A DNA stretch of 64,000 nucleotides from Octopus sinensis. Its lineage: Eukaryota. The notes beneath the pieces were generated by a model that had not been told where the DNA came from, ran no database searches, and was given only the letters and a program-made list of their open reading frames with translations. The stretch covers positions 42,098,001 to 42,162,000 of the forward strand of contig NC_043002.1 in assembly GCF_006345805.1 (NCBI RefSeq), read 5' to 3'. Positions 23,761 to 36,989 of this stretch are shown one piece after another (within the stretch, counting starts at the first letter, position 1; the number at the start of each line of letters is the position of its first letter). The position numbers and the translations under genes were made by a program.

Positions 23761-24988
23761 CAGCGTGCGATGGATAAATTGTTGCCATTTATATTTTAAT
23801 TTCGTGCATGTGCATTTACACAGTATGGTAGGATCAGTTGGGTACCGCCTGTGAGAAAAACAGCACCATGACGCAATTCACTCTGCCAGAAATTTAGAAA
23901 CGACATGCTGTACTGCTTGACATTCGCGCCGGAATCTCCAATACGAACATTTAAGAGTGTTTGAGTGTCAATCTGAGGACAGTGCAGAGTATTCGGAAAG
24001 AGTTGGATGAGTCTAATGGTGATTACGAAGGTACGATACCTCGAAAAACTCACTCTGATCATTCTGATAAGAAAAAAACTCCTGAATTTTTGGGTGAGAT
24101 ACAGCCATGATTGACAATAATCCCTCCCAGTCAATCAGGTTCATCACCAGGGACATGAGAGTTTCTGAGTTCTTAAATCAGGCAGGTAGAGCATGAAGAC
24201 ATTTGGTATTTTTCATGCAATTTTTTTTTACCAAACCATCAAGGGAAGAGGAAACTCAAGCATCCCCTTCAACTGAACATGCTTTGGTTTTTCGCAGACG
24301 AGAGAAACTTCTGCCAGGATCACACAGAACACACAGAACAACTGTTGGCTTGCCGTGTCCCCAAAACATGTAACAAGAGTGATAAAAATCAAACATCCAG
24401 TCAACATCATCGTGTTTGGCATGATCACTAGTTATGCCGACGTTATGCCTCTGTTCATCTTCTCAAGTGGCCTCAGACTCAACACGGAAACCTACATCAA
24501 GTACCTAAAGGAGGTAGTGCTGTCTGGGTCAAGAGGGTGGTTGCTGGAAGACCTTATGTCTGGCAACAGGACTCTATACCATGCCACGCAAGCAGGACAA
24601 CCCAGTCATGGCCGTCAGAAATTTCTGCGACCACATCGTACCTAACATCTGGCCACTTAACTCAACTCCCTAGACTGCGCCCCTTGATTATCATGTGTGG
24701 AATGCAGTCGAGCGAGTGACTAACAAAACTTCTTGTAACACCAAAGATGAACTGAAGGCAAGGATTATGGCAGCATTCAACAACTTAAACGAGGAGACTG
24801 TGCAGAATAGTTGCAGGAGATTCCGAAGTCGTCTGGAAGCCGTGGCTGAAGCGAATGGTGATTTCATTGAATAAATTTAACTTTAGTATTTCAAAATATT
24901 TTAATATAACTTTGGTAAATATATCTGTTAAAATGAGATATTGTTATTTTCATTTTTGATTTAGACGACAATTTATTCACCGCACATG
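23761..24988 (+). mobile_element. DD37D (maT-like) transposon, near full length, decayed
   Basis: TIRs CAGCGTGCGATGGATAAATTGTTG / CGACAATTTATTCACCGCACATG with TA flanks. Relic FFADERNFCQD..KHPVNIIVFGMI..RPYVWQQDSIPCH..PLDYHVWNAVE..FRSRLEAVAEANGDFIE*. Confidence 0.88.
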
Positions 24989-24989
24989 T

Positions 24990-25071
<82 letters not shown>

Positions 25072-25434
25072 GATAGATAGATAGTAGATAGATAGATAGT
25101 AGATAGATAGATAGATAGATAGATTGTGTGTGTGTGTGGTGTGTGTGTGTGTGTATAGATACATACATACATGGTATGAGTATATGCTTGCGTATGTATA
25201 CGAATATGTGTGTGTGTACAAACGTGAAACTTCAAGAGATATCAGCCAACGGATCAGTCCAAAAATACAAGAAATCTCACCGGAAATAAAAACTATTGAC
25301 TTTCAGAAACTGTTCATTGTACCACTGTGCGTTCTGTCAATTTAGCATAACGATTTCAGAATTTAGACGGGCGTGGAAAACATAGCTGGTGATGTATTTT
25401 TGTCTCAGGGGTCTTTAACAGCAACATGTCGTCA

Positions 25435-25436
25435 TC

Positions 25437-25520
<84 letters not shown>

Positions 25521-25722
25521 CATTCCACGACCGGCTGTGGAATTGAGTAGACCTCTGTGGAGATTCTTAGAAACGACACATTCTACTGAGATTTTATATA
25601 TTTATTTATTTACTTATTTATCATCATCACATCATCATCATCATCATCATTATCATCATCATCATCATCTTCATCATCATCATCATCATCATCATCATCG
25701 TCATCATCATCATCATCCTCAT
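25435..25722. repeat. (CAG)n(TAG)n and (CAT)n microsatellites
   Basis: Seen directly. Confidence 0.9.
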
Positions 25723-26101
25723 TAAGTTAACATATACATATAAGCGTACAGGCGCATATACACACTAACATGCACACACATACAACACACACATATACTA
25801 TCATTTACTCCTTTACTTATTTCATTCAGAGGTTGTGCCCATGCTGGAGCACCATCATTGATTTGAATGTTAGTCTTTGTCATTCTATTTTCCCAGCCTT
25901 CTCTCTATGTTCAGGTGGACGAGGGTGTCGGATAACGCCATCCCCACTTATTTGCGTTTCTTGCCATGATGAAGGTTCATTAGGTTCCTCAGAAATATGT
26001 TTGTCTATATATGTGTGTATATTTGAAATTAAATAAATGACAAGGGAACAATAAATTTTATAATGAGAAATATCAAAATATGTGTGTATATATGTGTACA
26101 C

Positions 26102-26178
<77 letters not shown>

Positions 26179-26196
26179 TATATAAAATGTAAAATT

Positions 26197-26298
26197 CTTT
26201 CCTGAAGACGGGGGGGGGGGGCTGGTGTTATCCGATGATGTAATCAAGTTACAATTATTAGTTTCGACCACCAAACACCCCAGAAATAGCTGTGGGAC
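26197..26298 (+). ncRNA. Decayed type I hammerhead motif (same stem III type as the 47.5-kb pair)
   Basis: CTGAAGA (26202-26208), stem II CGGGG..TGGTG / CACCA..CCCCA, then GAAA-TAGCTG-TG. The cleavage triplet reads GUG and stem I is weak. Confidence 0.5.
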
Positions 26299-26540
26299 TC
26301 ATAAAACTCTTACTCAACCCCTTTAATTCCTGATATCATTTATATTCTAAATCGGATTTTTTATATGCATACATATGTACATTTTTTGTATTAAATGTAT
26401 TTAACATTTTTTTTGCATACTGACTTGCCTAACTTGTTTGTCCTTATATTTACTGCTCTACCTGCTCAAGTTCAAATCTGTTGGGCACTACGATGTGTAT
26501 TCTGTACAGAGAATACTTGTCTCTAATCTCTCTCTCTCTA

Positions 26541-26646
<106 letters not shown>

Positions 26647-27134
26647 TACATGCACATGCACACGGTTATTTTTAGCTAGTCAAACGATTGTATAAAAGCC
26701 CGTTGCTTCGTTACGAGGCCCCCACTTTGTTCATCCAATGTAAAAGACGAACCGTCGACCAGTTGGTTGGCTGGTTAGTTGGTTGGTGGATGGGTGTTTC
26801 AGTTGGTATGTTACCATCTCCGCTGTGTATATTTGATCCTGAGTACATGAAGAATATTTGGCGTTACTAACACAGTAAAAATTCCTCACCGAGGTCCATT
26901 TTCATTTCGGAACAGGTTATGATTGTAAACAAATTTCATGTTTCAAAACCAGCATTGTGTTGTAGAAATAGTACGTAAATTGAAAGAAAATGATGTGGAC
27001 TCTCAGATGGAAGCTAAGAATTTTGTCATGAGCTCCGCAAAACGACAGCACTAAATTTTACAAAATATGAAGTCTGTCACGAAACCATTCTTATCATTCG
27101 ACTGGCTCCAAAATAGAGGCAAAGTTTGGCTACG

Positions 27135-27308
27135 TTACTCTTTTTACTCTTTTACTCTTTTAGTTTTTTACTTGTTTCAGTCATTTGACCGTGGCCATGC
27201 TGGAGCACCACCTTTAGTCGAGCAAATCGACCCCAGGACTTATTCTTTGTAAGCCTAGTACTTATTCTATCGGTCTCTTTTACCGAACCGCTAAGTTACG
27301 GGGACGTA
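27135..27308 (-). mobile_element. SINE family B, 3' half
   Basis: High-identity tail plus (TACTCTTT)n. Confidence 0.85.
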
Positions 27309-27349
27309 AGTTTATTTAGAGTCGAGATTGCGATCAAATCCTTATTTTT

Positions 27350-28037
27350 CAATGGTTCTCAAACATTTTTTTACCTGTGGAACCCTTTGATTATTATTTT
27401 AATCTGGTGAAACCCCATAGCCATTCGATGGTTAAAAACTAGTTTTATAGATACTTCTTTCAAAGTTCCTATTTTGTATTTTTTTCACACATTCACTTGT
27501 GTAGTTTGAAATTGTGTATAATGGTAGAGAGTGAAGGCACGTGGCTTAGTGGTTAGGGTATTCGGTTCACGATTGCCAGGTTGTGAGTTCAATTTCCAGC
27601 GACGTGTTGTGCCCTTGATCAAGACACCTTATTTCACGTTGCTCCAGTCCATTCAGCTGGCAAAAATGAGTAGTACCTGTATGTCAAAGGGTCAACCTTG
27701 TCACACTCTGTGCCACGCTGAATCTCCCTGAGAACCACATCAAGGATACACGTGTCTGTGGAGTGCTCAGCCACATACACGTTAATTACACGAGTTGGCT
27801 GTTCCGTTGATCGGATCAACCGGAACCTTACACTTCGTAACCGATGGTGAACAAGTTATAATGGTAGTGAAAGAAACCTGGCTGTTTCTCACAATAAATT
27901 CATCTAAAGCAAAATTTTTTCATGGACCCTTTTTCATGGACCCTTAAATAGTACTAATATACTATTTAGCTTGCGTGGAACCCCAAAATCTTATATCCCA
28001 CCCCCGGTGTTCTACGGATCCCGTTTGAGGACCACTG
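27350..28037. mobile_element. hAT-type MITE containing a nested SINE
   Basis: TIRs CAATGGTTCTCAAAC / GTTTGAGGACCACTG with subterminal GGACCC motifs. Confidence 0.75.
27532..27852 (+). mobile_element. SINE family C, full length with target-site duplication
   Basis: A box GTGGCTTAGTGGTTAGG, B box GAGTTCAATTTC, GTGCCCTTGATCAAGACAC. Flanked by the duplication TATAATGGTAG(A/T)GA. Confidence 0.85.
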
Positions 28038-28358
28038 TTCTAGATCATTTGATTCGCAAGTTCCTTCAGATTACACTTCTGTAAAATATGAGACTTCAAG
28101 TCTACAAAAAATAGTAACATGAAACCAGTTCGTGGCACCCACTTAGAAAACAATGAGTGTCATAAAAAGTTTGATCTTCTCTATCTCCCTCTCCTCCCCT
28201 CCCCATCTCTATCTCTTTCTCTCCCTCTCTTCATCCCTCCTTCTCTCAGTACTAAACTTAGTTTTAGTAAGTGGAGTGGTTGTTTCTAAATTACTCAAAC
28301 GAAGTTTCTTGAAAAAAAAACCCAGAAAACTAATCCTGTCTGAATTAGAAGGTCTCTT

Positions 28359-28401
<43 letters not shown>

Positions 28402-28484
28402 ACACACACACACACACACACAGATACACATATACATATGTGTATGTACGTGTGTGTGTATATGTGAGTGTTTGTGTGTGTATA

Positions 28485-28549
<65 letters not shown>

Positions 28550-28787
28550 TCGGCTGCGTATCAGAACCTCATTCTGGTATTCTGCGGCTGTGTTAAATGT
28601 GTAAAAGTGTGAAGATAAGGTGCTTTATGTCTCTAGGGGCATGTTTGGCAAATCTTACTGGCTGGTTTGATTCTACGTGCATATAGGATAGGTCTAACTA
28701 TCCTATATATCTGAGAGTCTTTTTATGTATGTATGTATGTATGTATGTATTTTTGCATATCTATCTGTCTGTCTCTTTCACTTTCTC

Positions 28788-28851
<64 letters not shown>

Positions 28852-28952
28852 TCGTTCTTCTCTCTATCTCTCTCTCTCTCTCTCTCCTATATATATATAT
28901 ATATATATAATATATATATATATATGAATAATATAATAAAATAATAAAAATA

Positions 28953-29200
28953 CATGCGCCCTTTAAAGCCTAGCCAGGTTCGTGGGCCCGGTTTCCCGGT
29001 TTCAATGTCGTATGTGTTCCCCAGCTGGACGGGACGCCAGTCCATCGCAGCGTTACTTATTTTTGCCAGCTGAGTGAACTTGGAGCAACGTGAAATGAAG
29101 TGTTTTGCTCAAGAACACAACGCGCCGCTCGGTCCAGGAATCGAAACCATAATCTTACGATTATGATGCTGACACCCTAATCACTAAGCCACGCCTCCTC
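28953..29200 (-). mobile_element. SINE family C head with V-domain-like body
   Basis: Minus strand contains CTGCGATGGACTGGCGTCCCGTCCAG, resembling the V-SINE domain. Confidence 0.8.
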
Positions 29201-29267
29201 CATGAAAATACTATATATATATATATATATATTATGCATATATACATATGTATATGTACATACATCT

Positions 29268-30555
29268 AGACTTTTCTTTTATATTTTCTCTAATGAACTG
29301 GAATAGCTATGATTCGAATTTCATCAAAATTGCAGATTAAGAATTGTAATGACGGTTCTTTCCCTCTTGACACACACTAACAAAAATTGTAATCATGACA
29401 TATTTATCCCATACTACTCATCTTTATGCCCAGATTCCAAAATCTAAATCTTATGAAATCTATTCAGAAGTTTTTGCTCCTGAAAAATGGAACACATGGA
29501 GCTCTAAAATGTGGGAGTTAAGGCCCCTATTGAGGATGGGTGGGGGTCATAAAATCAACCAGAGAAGTTGAATTGTTGGGAATCTTTTTTAACTTGGGTC
29601 TTAAAATCTATTGTTCAAATTTCTTGGAAATCGGAAATATATGAATGTTCACTGGGTTTGTAAAAGAGAGCTAAGCTACAGAAACCAAGTGACGAATGAT
29701 CACAATAAGCAGTCAGCTACCATAACCTAGTCGTTACCACTCCCCAATATAGGATTCCTCACCATACAGGTGACAGGCACAGCCGTAAGATGCATTACAG
29801 ATCTATAGCAATTGGAAGGGCGTAACCCAACTCAAATAAACATTAACAACTGTGTGACGTGAGGGCTAAGGGGAAATGAAAGTGTCACCTCTGAAGTTTG
29901 TTAATGATTACTATGCCGATAGGTAGCTGGACAGAATAAATTTGCAATCTATAAATCTCTTTGAATGACCAGTCACTTATCTGGGAAGGACTTGAAATCA
30001 GTGTTACCATCAGGGGACCATCTCTGACCCAGTGGTAATAAAAAGACTCAAAGGAGGTCTGCAACCAAATAACTTTACTCAAAATAACACTTTGTAATTG
30101 AATCAGTGGAGGCAAAGATGCTTCTCCTTTACTTGACAATTTATGCACCACATTGCAGAAATCACTATCTAAGTATATCTCAAAGCAAACTCTTACAGTG
30201 TTGCACCATTGAATTACAAATAACGTTAATCTTGTATGCTCGGGTGACTCTACAGCTTCCAAGGGTACAATTGTATTCGTCTTGGCTTAGGAAAAATGAC
30301 TAAATTGTAAGGGTTAAGCCCCCATTAAGGGATCTTACTAACTCCTAAGAAGTTGAAATTTTTGAAATATTACTTCATTTGCGTCTAATATCTATGGTTA
30401 AAATTTCATCAACAGTAAAAATATATGAATTTTCATGGGGATCATGGCCTCATTTATGCCCCCTCAATTTCAAATATACACGGCATTAAATCTGTCCTTA
30501 TGCATAGAATATAATTTCCAAATTTCATAAAGTAAATAATGATCATAAAGATTCA
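29268..30555 (-). mobile_element. Non-autonomous Helitron-like repeat, copy 2
   Basis: Reverse complement of 600-1610 (roughly 80% identity by eye) with an extra ~270-bp segment. Confidence 0.75.
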
Positions 30556-30559
30556 TTCA

Positions 30560-30944
30560 GTAATTTGGTCCATGAAATTGCGACCCCACACAGCAAAGAT
30601 TACATCACAGAAGATCGAATTGTTTGGTTGGGGAAAAAATTCCTCATCCACCTTATTCTCCCGACCTTGCTCCTTCAGGTTACCATTTGTTTCGTAGTTT
30701 ACAGAATCATTTGGGGGACATAACTTTCGCAAGCCAGGAGGAGGTCGAAACTGACATTTCAGAGTTCTTCGCTTTGAAAGCAAAAGAGTTTTACACTAAT
30801 GGGGTTAAAAAGCTTGTAAATAGATGGAAGGAAGTCATAGATAATCAGGGAAAGTACATTGATGATTAAATTTCAATTAAATATAACATTTGATCACTTG
30901 TTTTCTTTATTCAAAATTCGGACAGAATTTATGGAATGACCTGA
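30560..30944 (+). mobile_element. mariner (DD34D) transposase C-terminus plus right end
   Basis: PHPPYSPDLAPSGYHLFRSLQNHL..FYTNGVKKLVNRWKEVIDNQGKYIDD*. Ends TTTATGGAATGACCTGA|TA. Confidence 0.9.
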
Positions 30945-31153
30945 TATTTGCTTTTATGAGCCGTTATACATTAATCTGATGGGTTACTCGATACTTTTGT
31001 AGAGTACAAATTCATTATTCTTAAACAATAATGCTGTTGGCAGTGACTTCGAAGTTTCGAATAGCTATACAAACATACATCTCTCTCTCTCTCTCTCTCT
31101 CTCTGTATATATATATATATGTATATCTATCTATCTATCACTATCTATCTATC

Positions 31154-31230
<77 letters not shown>

Positions 31231-31280
31231 ACATATGTGTATGTGTGTGTGGCTCGTATGAATATGGAGACATACAGAAA

Positions 31281-31323
<43 letters not shown>

Positions 31324-31752
31324 TGCGATAGAGAGAACGATTGACCGAAGCAGGGAGATAAATAGAGAAAGTAAACACTCAAGAAAAGAAAGGACAATGA
31401 AATAATGATATTGACTGTCAATCAAGTATGATCGGGCTGGCATGTCTTAGAAGGTTTTCGGTTCACTCTTGTGTCGAATGTCGTTGTGTCAGTATCTAAT
31501 GTCATGGCGGTGTCGCTTACACTTTCTTTACACATATAACCGGATGATTATGTATAGTATGACAGTCACACACAGTTTAAACCAAAAGACGACAGATCGG
31601 TTTGGAATTTTATGCACACACGGGCGTGCGTGCACACACACACATGCACATGTATACATATATTGACACATATAAAGTCATACACACATATATGCATATA
31701 TGCACACATACATATGTCTGTGCGTATGTGTGTGAATATGTATATATATATA

Positions 31753-31801
<49 letters not shown>

Positions 31802-31899
31802 AGTGTGCTAGAGCTAAATTTGACAAAATGCTTATTCAAAATAATCAGAAAATGTTGACTAAATTATGGCTAGTTGATAGGATAAAAAAGGGGTTAAGA

Positions 31900-32225
31900 C
31901 CACCGTCAGTTATGAATGAACGTGGGATTGCACCTAGAAAGCTCCCCTCCGAGGCACAAATCTGAGCAAGGTTGTTTATGGAAGACTAGCAGTCGCCCAT
32001 GCATATCAGCCTTCCCTCTCCATACCACCGATGTTATCCAAGAGAAAGGCACAGACTGATACAGCTTGGCACCAGTGATATAACTAATTTCTACAGCTGA
32101 GTGAACTGAGGCAAAGTGAAATAGTGTCTTGCTCAAGAACACAACGCACACCCCGGTCTGAGAATCGAACTCACTATTTCATGATTGTGGGCTCGATGCT
32201 CTAACCACTGAGCCATGCGCCTTCA
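31900..32225 (-). mobile_element. SINE family C head with a third body type
   Basis: Minus strand GAAGGCGCATGGCTCAGTGGTTAGAGC..GAGTTCGATTCTC..GTGTTCTTGAGCAAGACAC. Confidence 0.85.
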
Positions 32226-32261
32226 TTTGCTAGGAGATAATAGTTTACTTAAAGTAGGCGC

Positions 32262-32703
32262 TCACAGCTTCCATCACTGCTTCAAGACAGCTCCGGAACC
32301 TGGTGCTTGCATTCTTCACCGTGTCCCTGGAAAGATTTTTGAACACTTCCTTGATCATGGCCACCAACTTGGCCTTGGTGTTTCAGGTTGAGCAGTTGGT
32401 ATCTTTCTCAACTGCGACCCGGGATTAAAATCTGAGCAATTAAGAGGTCAGAAATTGGGGCTGGTGAAGTGATAGAATCTCTCCAACAACCACCCCTGAC
32501 TCTTTCCGGAGGTGTGCTAAGGAGACAAGTCCTACTGCCATACATATGGTCTTTCCTCAGTAAACCTCTCCAGCAGTTTCACATAGCCGTCTGAATTGAG
32601 CCTATAGGCCTGTTCAAAGATGTGGGGCGGCAATGACGTTACATTCATTGGAGAAACACCCGAAGACCATCACAGTTTTGGGGAACTTGATTTTCATAAT
32701 ATC
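32262..32703 (-). pseudogene. DD37D-type transposase fragment
   Basis: KIKFPKTVMVFGCFSNE..PPHIFEQAYRLNSDGYVKLL..RPYVWQ*D..HTSGKSQGWL..TRFRSCLEAV. Confidence 0.8.
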
Positions 32704-34010
32704 CATGTCATGTCTAATAGCCTTTACTGTGTTCATAATTCATTGAGCAGTAATCATGATGTTGGCATTTTTATAACTTTTTCTCAACTAAAACTTTAAA
32801 ATTTATGCTTTCCAACGCCGTTGACTGTTCACCAATACACCGAATTGTTCCTGAAGAAAAAGGAATACATAAAACACCGTTAAATTTCGCCCGAACATGT
32901 ACATAGATATAGATATAAGTAGTTGCGTGATGCAGGGATGGAAAATAGACAAAATTTTGGACTGTTGAGATATGGTTGGAATATCCATCAATTTGCAAAG
33001 CTTCTAAAAGGCAAATTTACTGCAGTGTTAGTCTCGAGAAAATAAATATCTCATATACAAGTGCTGTGTTTAAAACTGTTATATACATCGGAGGGAGGCG
33101 AAAACCATCTCAGCAGTGGCTAGTGAGAACGCCAAATACATTTCTGACTCGGTCGGCTACGTCAATAGCGTGTTCTCACAGCCAAACGCAGTAAATTTGT
33201 AATGTATCTACATTAAATGTGTATTTTAATCTGATGCTGCTTCTGTTACATACACAGGTTTCTTATTCAACCGGGTGGTGTGCTGTTCGCAACGTCAGCG
33301 AATATTTAGTCGCTGTTTTCCTATCTACTTGTGGCGAAAAATGTTGTCTAAGTATGTTGTTGGTTGTGAGTACACTCTACTAATAATGCCTAACGAAACA
33401 GAAATGTATCTAATGTTCTCACTAGTCGCTATTGGGGCGATTTTAGTCTCCTACAATAAATTTGCCTTTCACGTTGTATTCACATTATGTACAATACATA
33501 GATGGCTGTTTTAATTTAATATTGTTTCTGTTGTATATAACAGATTTATACACATATACATACATATCTTTAAGTGTGTGTGTGTGTGAGGGTGAATAGC
33601 CTAGTGGTTAGGGTTTCTCACGATCGTGATTTCCTGAACCATGTAGCGCGTTGTGGTTTTGAGCAAAACATTTCATCTCACGTTACTTGTCATCTGACAT
33701 ATGGTACACCGTGCACCTGTTCAAGCAACATCGATATGATGGAGCGACTGATATTTATAATTGATCTTTCAAAATGTTTTCTTTCTCAACTTACTCAAGA
33801 TCTTTTGTTTTTTTATAAATGGGAGAGTGATATATAGAGAGTAAGAGAAAGCAAATGAGAGTCCGAGAGAAAGGAAGAGTAAGAGAGAAGGAAAGTGAGA
33901 GAGAAAGGAGAGAGAAACAAAGAGGGAGAATGTGGCGATAAGAAACAGAAAGGAAGCAACAGAAAGTAACAATCACACTCTCACCCGTGCATAGAGCGGG
34001 TCACCTTAAG

Positions 34011-34144
<134 letters not shown>

Positions 34145-34544
34145 TATATGTATGTGTGTGTGTGTGTGTGCGTGCGCGTGTGCGTGTGTGCGCGTGTGTG
34201 TGTGTGTCTGTGTATTATACGCACGTGTGTATACACGTACAAATACACACATCTACACACATCTACACGTTCACACACACATATACATATGTATGTGCGT
34301 GTATAAATATAAGGGAATTCTGTAGGGACTATTATGATATCCATATTGTTTTCTTATACGTTTTTATTGAGTTATTAACAAAATGAAGTCCCTTTAATTC
34401 TAATTTTAAAATAATTAGACAGTTAAATACAATTTTCAGAGGAAAATGAACCTAGTAAGTGAAAATTAAAATGAAACTGAAATAAATTATATAAATCAAA
34501 TGAAAGGGAATATGACTATGTATAATATTAATCTCAATTTTTTT

Positions 34545-34742
34545 ATACAAGGCCAGCATTTTGGTGGAAGAAGTAAGTCGTTTAAATCGATCCCAGTGCT
34601 TAGCCGGTACTTATTTTATCGACCTCGAAAGGCTGAAAGGAAGAATCGATCCCGGCGGAATTTGAACTCAGAACGTAAAGACAGAAAAAATGCCGCTAAG
34701 CACTTCGTCCGGAGTGCAAACGATGCTGCCAGTTCGCTGCCT
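34545..34742 (-). mobile_element. SINE family A
   Basis: ggcggaatttgaactcagaacgtaaagacag core. Confidence 0.8.
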
Positions 34743-35167
34743 TATGACTATGTATATCATTGGGATTCAATGCAACTCCTTTTCAGATGTCTGTAGGCTT
34801 TTTTTAATAGATACTTCTGTAGGTGAACGTACAGCGAAAGCAATTGTGTGTGTCAGTTTAGTAATTTGTAATATTTCTAAAGATCAATATTATTCTATGC
34901 TGCAAAGACGACTGCAAAGAGCATTTGATTGCATGTGTGTAGGTGCTTGATCTAAAATTCTGCTTATAATTACCTAGAGTGTATTATTATTTTCTAGAAC
35001 AAAATATCTGCTTCATATCCATGTATAGTTAAATTGATGAAGTTGGTATTTAAATTGGCTTACTGACATAACTATATAATGTATACTATTTCGTCTTGTG
35101 TTTCTTGTGATATAGGCTGCATACATAACACATTCTTCCTATTGGTTTAACTGGAAATACGCATGGC

Positions 35168-35210
35168 GAGTACATGGCGAGTTACACGCAATGTAACTCG
35201 CCATGTACTC
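35168..35210. repeat. Perfect 19-bp inverted repeat with 5-nt loop
   Basis: GAGTACATGGCGAGTTACA-CGCAA-TGTAACTCGCCATGTACTC. Confidence 0.9.
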
Positions 35211-35299
35211 TGTTTACTGTGTTCCTGTTTATTGTGTTTCCTGTACTCTGTTTATTGTGTTCTGACGATTGAAATTTTTATAATCTTTTTATCTTTTTT

Positions 35300-35496
35300 T
35301 TTTTTTCAGTCATTGGATTGCAGTCATGCTGGGGCACCAACTTGGGGGGTTTAGTCGAACAAATCGACTCCAGTACTCACTTTTTAAGATTGGTACTTAT
35401 TGTAATTCATCTCTTTTTCCGCACCGATAAGTTACAGAAACCTAAACAAACTAACACCGGTTATCAGGTGATGGTGGAGTTGGACAAACACAAACA
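35300..35496 (-). mobile_element. SINE family B, 3' half
   Basis: Reverse-complement tail, adjacent to an oppositely oriented copy. Confidence 0.75.
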
Positions 35497-35518
35497 CTAA
35501 AATGCATGCATACATACA

Positions 35519-35837
35519 TGGTGCAGGAGTGGCTGTTTGGTAAGTAGCTTGTTTACCATCCACATGTTTCCGGGTTCAGTCTCACTGCGTGGCATCTTGG
35601 GCAAGTGTCTACTACTATAGCCTCGGGCCGACCAGAGCCTTGTGAATGGATTTGGTAGACGGAAACTGAACGAAGCCCGTCGTAAATATATATATATTAT
35701 GTTTGTCTGTGTCTGTGTTTGTACCCCCACCATCGCTTAACAACCGATGCTGGTGTGTTCACACCCCCGTAACTTAGTGGTTCGGCAAAAGAGGCCGATA
35801 GAATAAGTCCTAGGCTTGCAATGAATAAGTCCTGGGG
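35519..35837 (+). mobile_element. SINE family B
   Basis: High similarity to 4155-4543. Confidence 0.9.
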
Positions 35838-36910
35838 TATATCCACGTCAAAGTTTCTGTCTATTCAATTTATTCAAACGTTATTGGTTGACACCGGTAT
35901 ATAGTACAAAACTCTTCCCCTGACGGTTGCAAAGTGGGCTTTTTAATTACACAGCCATTCCTTCGCGTATTATTATTACTATCATTCAAGGAGTTTACAG
36001 TCTTAGCAAACGTGGTAAACATAGAGTAGTTTATTTTAAGATATTCCTGTACTTATGTCTAATCGAGAAATGTTTTTCCTGTTGGTGTGATTGCATTTAT
36101 GGAAAACAGGATTCTTGCATATTATCTTTCTGTTCATCTTCCTATTTGGTTGTGTTAGTCAATTATGTTTAATAGCTTCTTTGAAACCACTTGATGCCAG
36201 TAGCCTATTGTATTTGTTCGCAACTATATTGACCATTATAGATGGTCGAAACTGACCATTATAGATAGTCAAAATTCTTAAGATATTCGAAGAGAAGCTT
36301 CAATTGCTGGCTATTTATATTACTGACTCATTTGATTTAATGGGCCGTTGAAATTTTGCATTATTAATTTTGAATTTTACATATAATATATAACTATTTT
36401 AAGGTTAACTTTTACTTTCATTTTCAAGAAAGAATAATTTTATTAGGCCGTTTCCAAACATATCTGCTGCTTGTTTATATTCATAGAGATCTATAGATCA
36501 TCCTTTCCAAGTTATGATAATGAACTGTGAATTAAGTGTAAAATATATATTTCCAGTCAGGTCGAATATTTCCACTGAATCGCTGGTTCTCATGCTCATA
36601 CTAAAGATCTGATTATAAATTCATTCATCGATATGTTGTCTTCAAGATACACGATAGATTCTCAAGCGTGAATTATTGTATGTATATCTCTATCAGTGAT
36701 GCTACTGTAAAGTTTTACGAAATCAAGAGCCTTGTGTAAATATATTGAAAAAAAAAACAAAACAAGAATGCGTATAATTTTTGACTCTCCCTCCTATATA
36801 TATGTATATATATAATATATATATATTACATATATATATATATATAAGAGTAAATATGACAGTGATATCAAAATACCATCACTAGTGGCAAAATTGAATA
36901 TATATATATC

Positions 36911-36947
<37 letters not shown>

Positions 36948-36989
36948 ATATATATAATATATATATATATAATATATATATACTATGAT

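Noticed and set aside
25960-26005. ATGATGAAGG...CCTCAGAAATATGTT hammerhead-like remnant
   Set aside because: The core and stem I are too degenerate to support a call.
27532-27605. tRNA gene
   Set aside because: A and B boxes are present but the sequence continues into a SINE body without a complete cloverleaf. The same applies to the other SINE heads.
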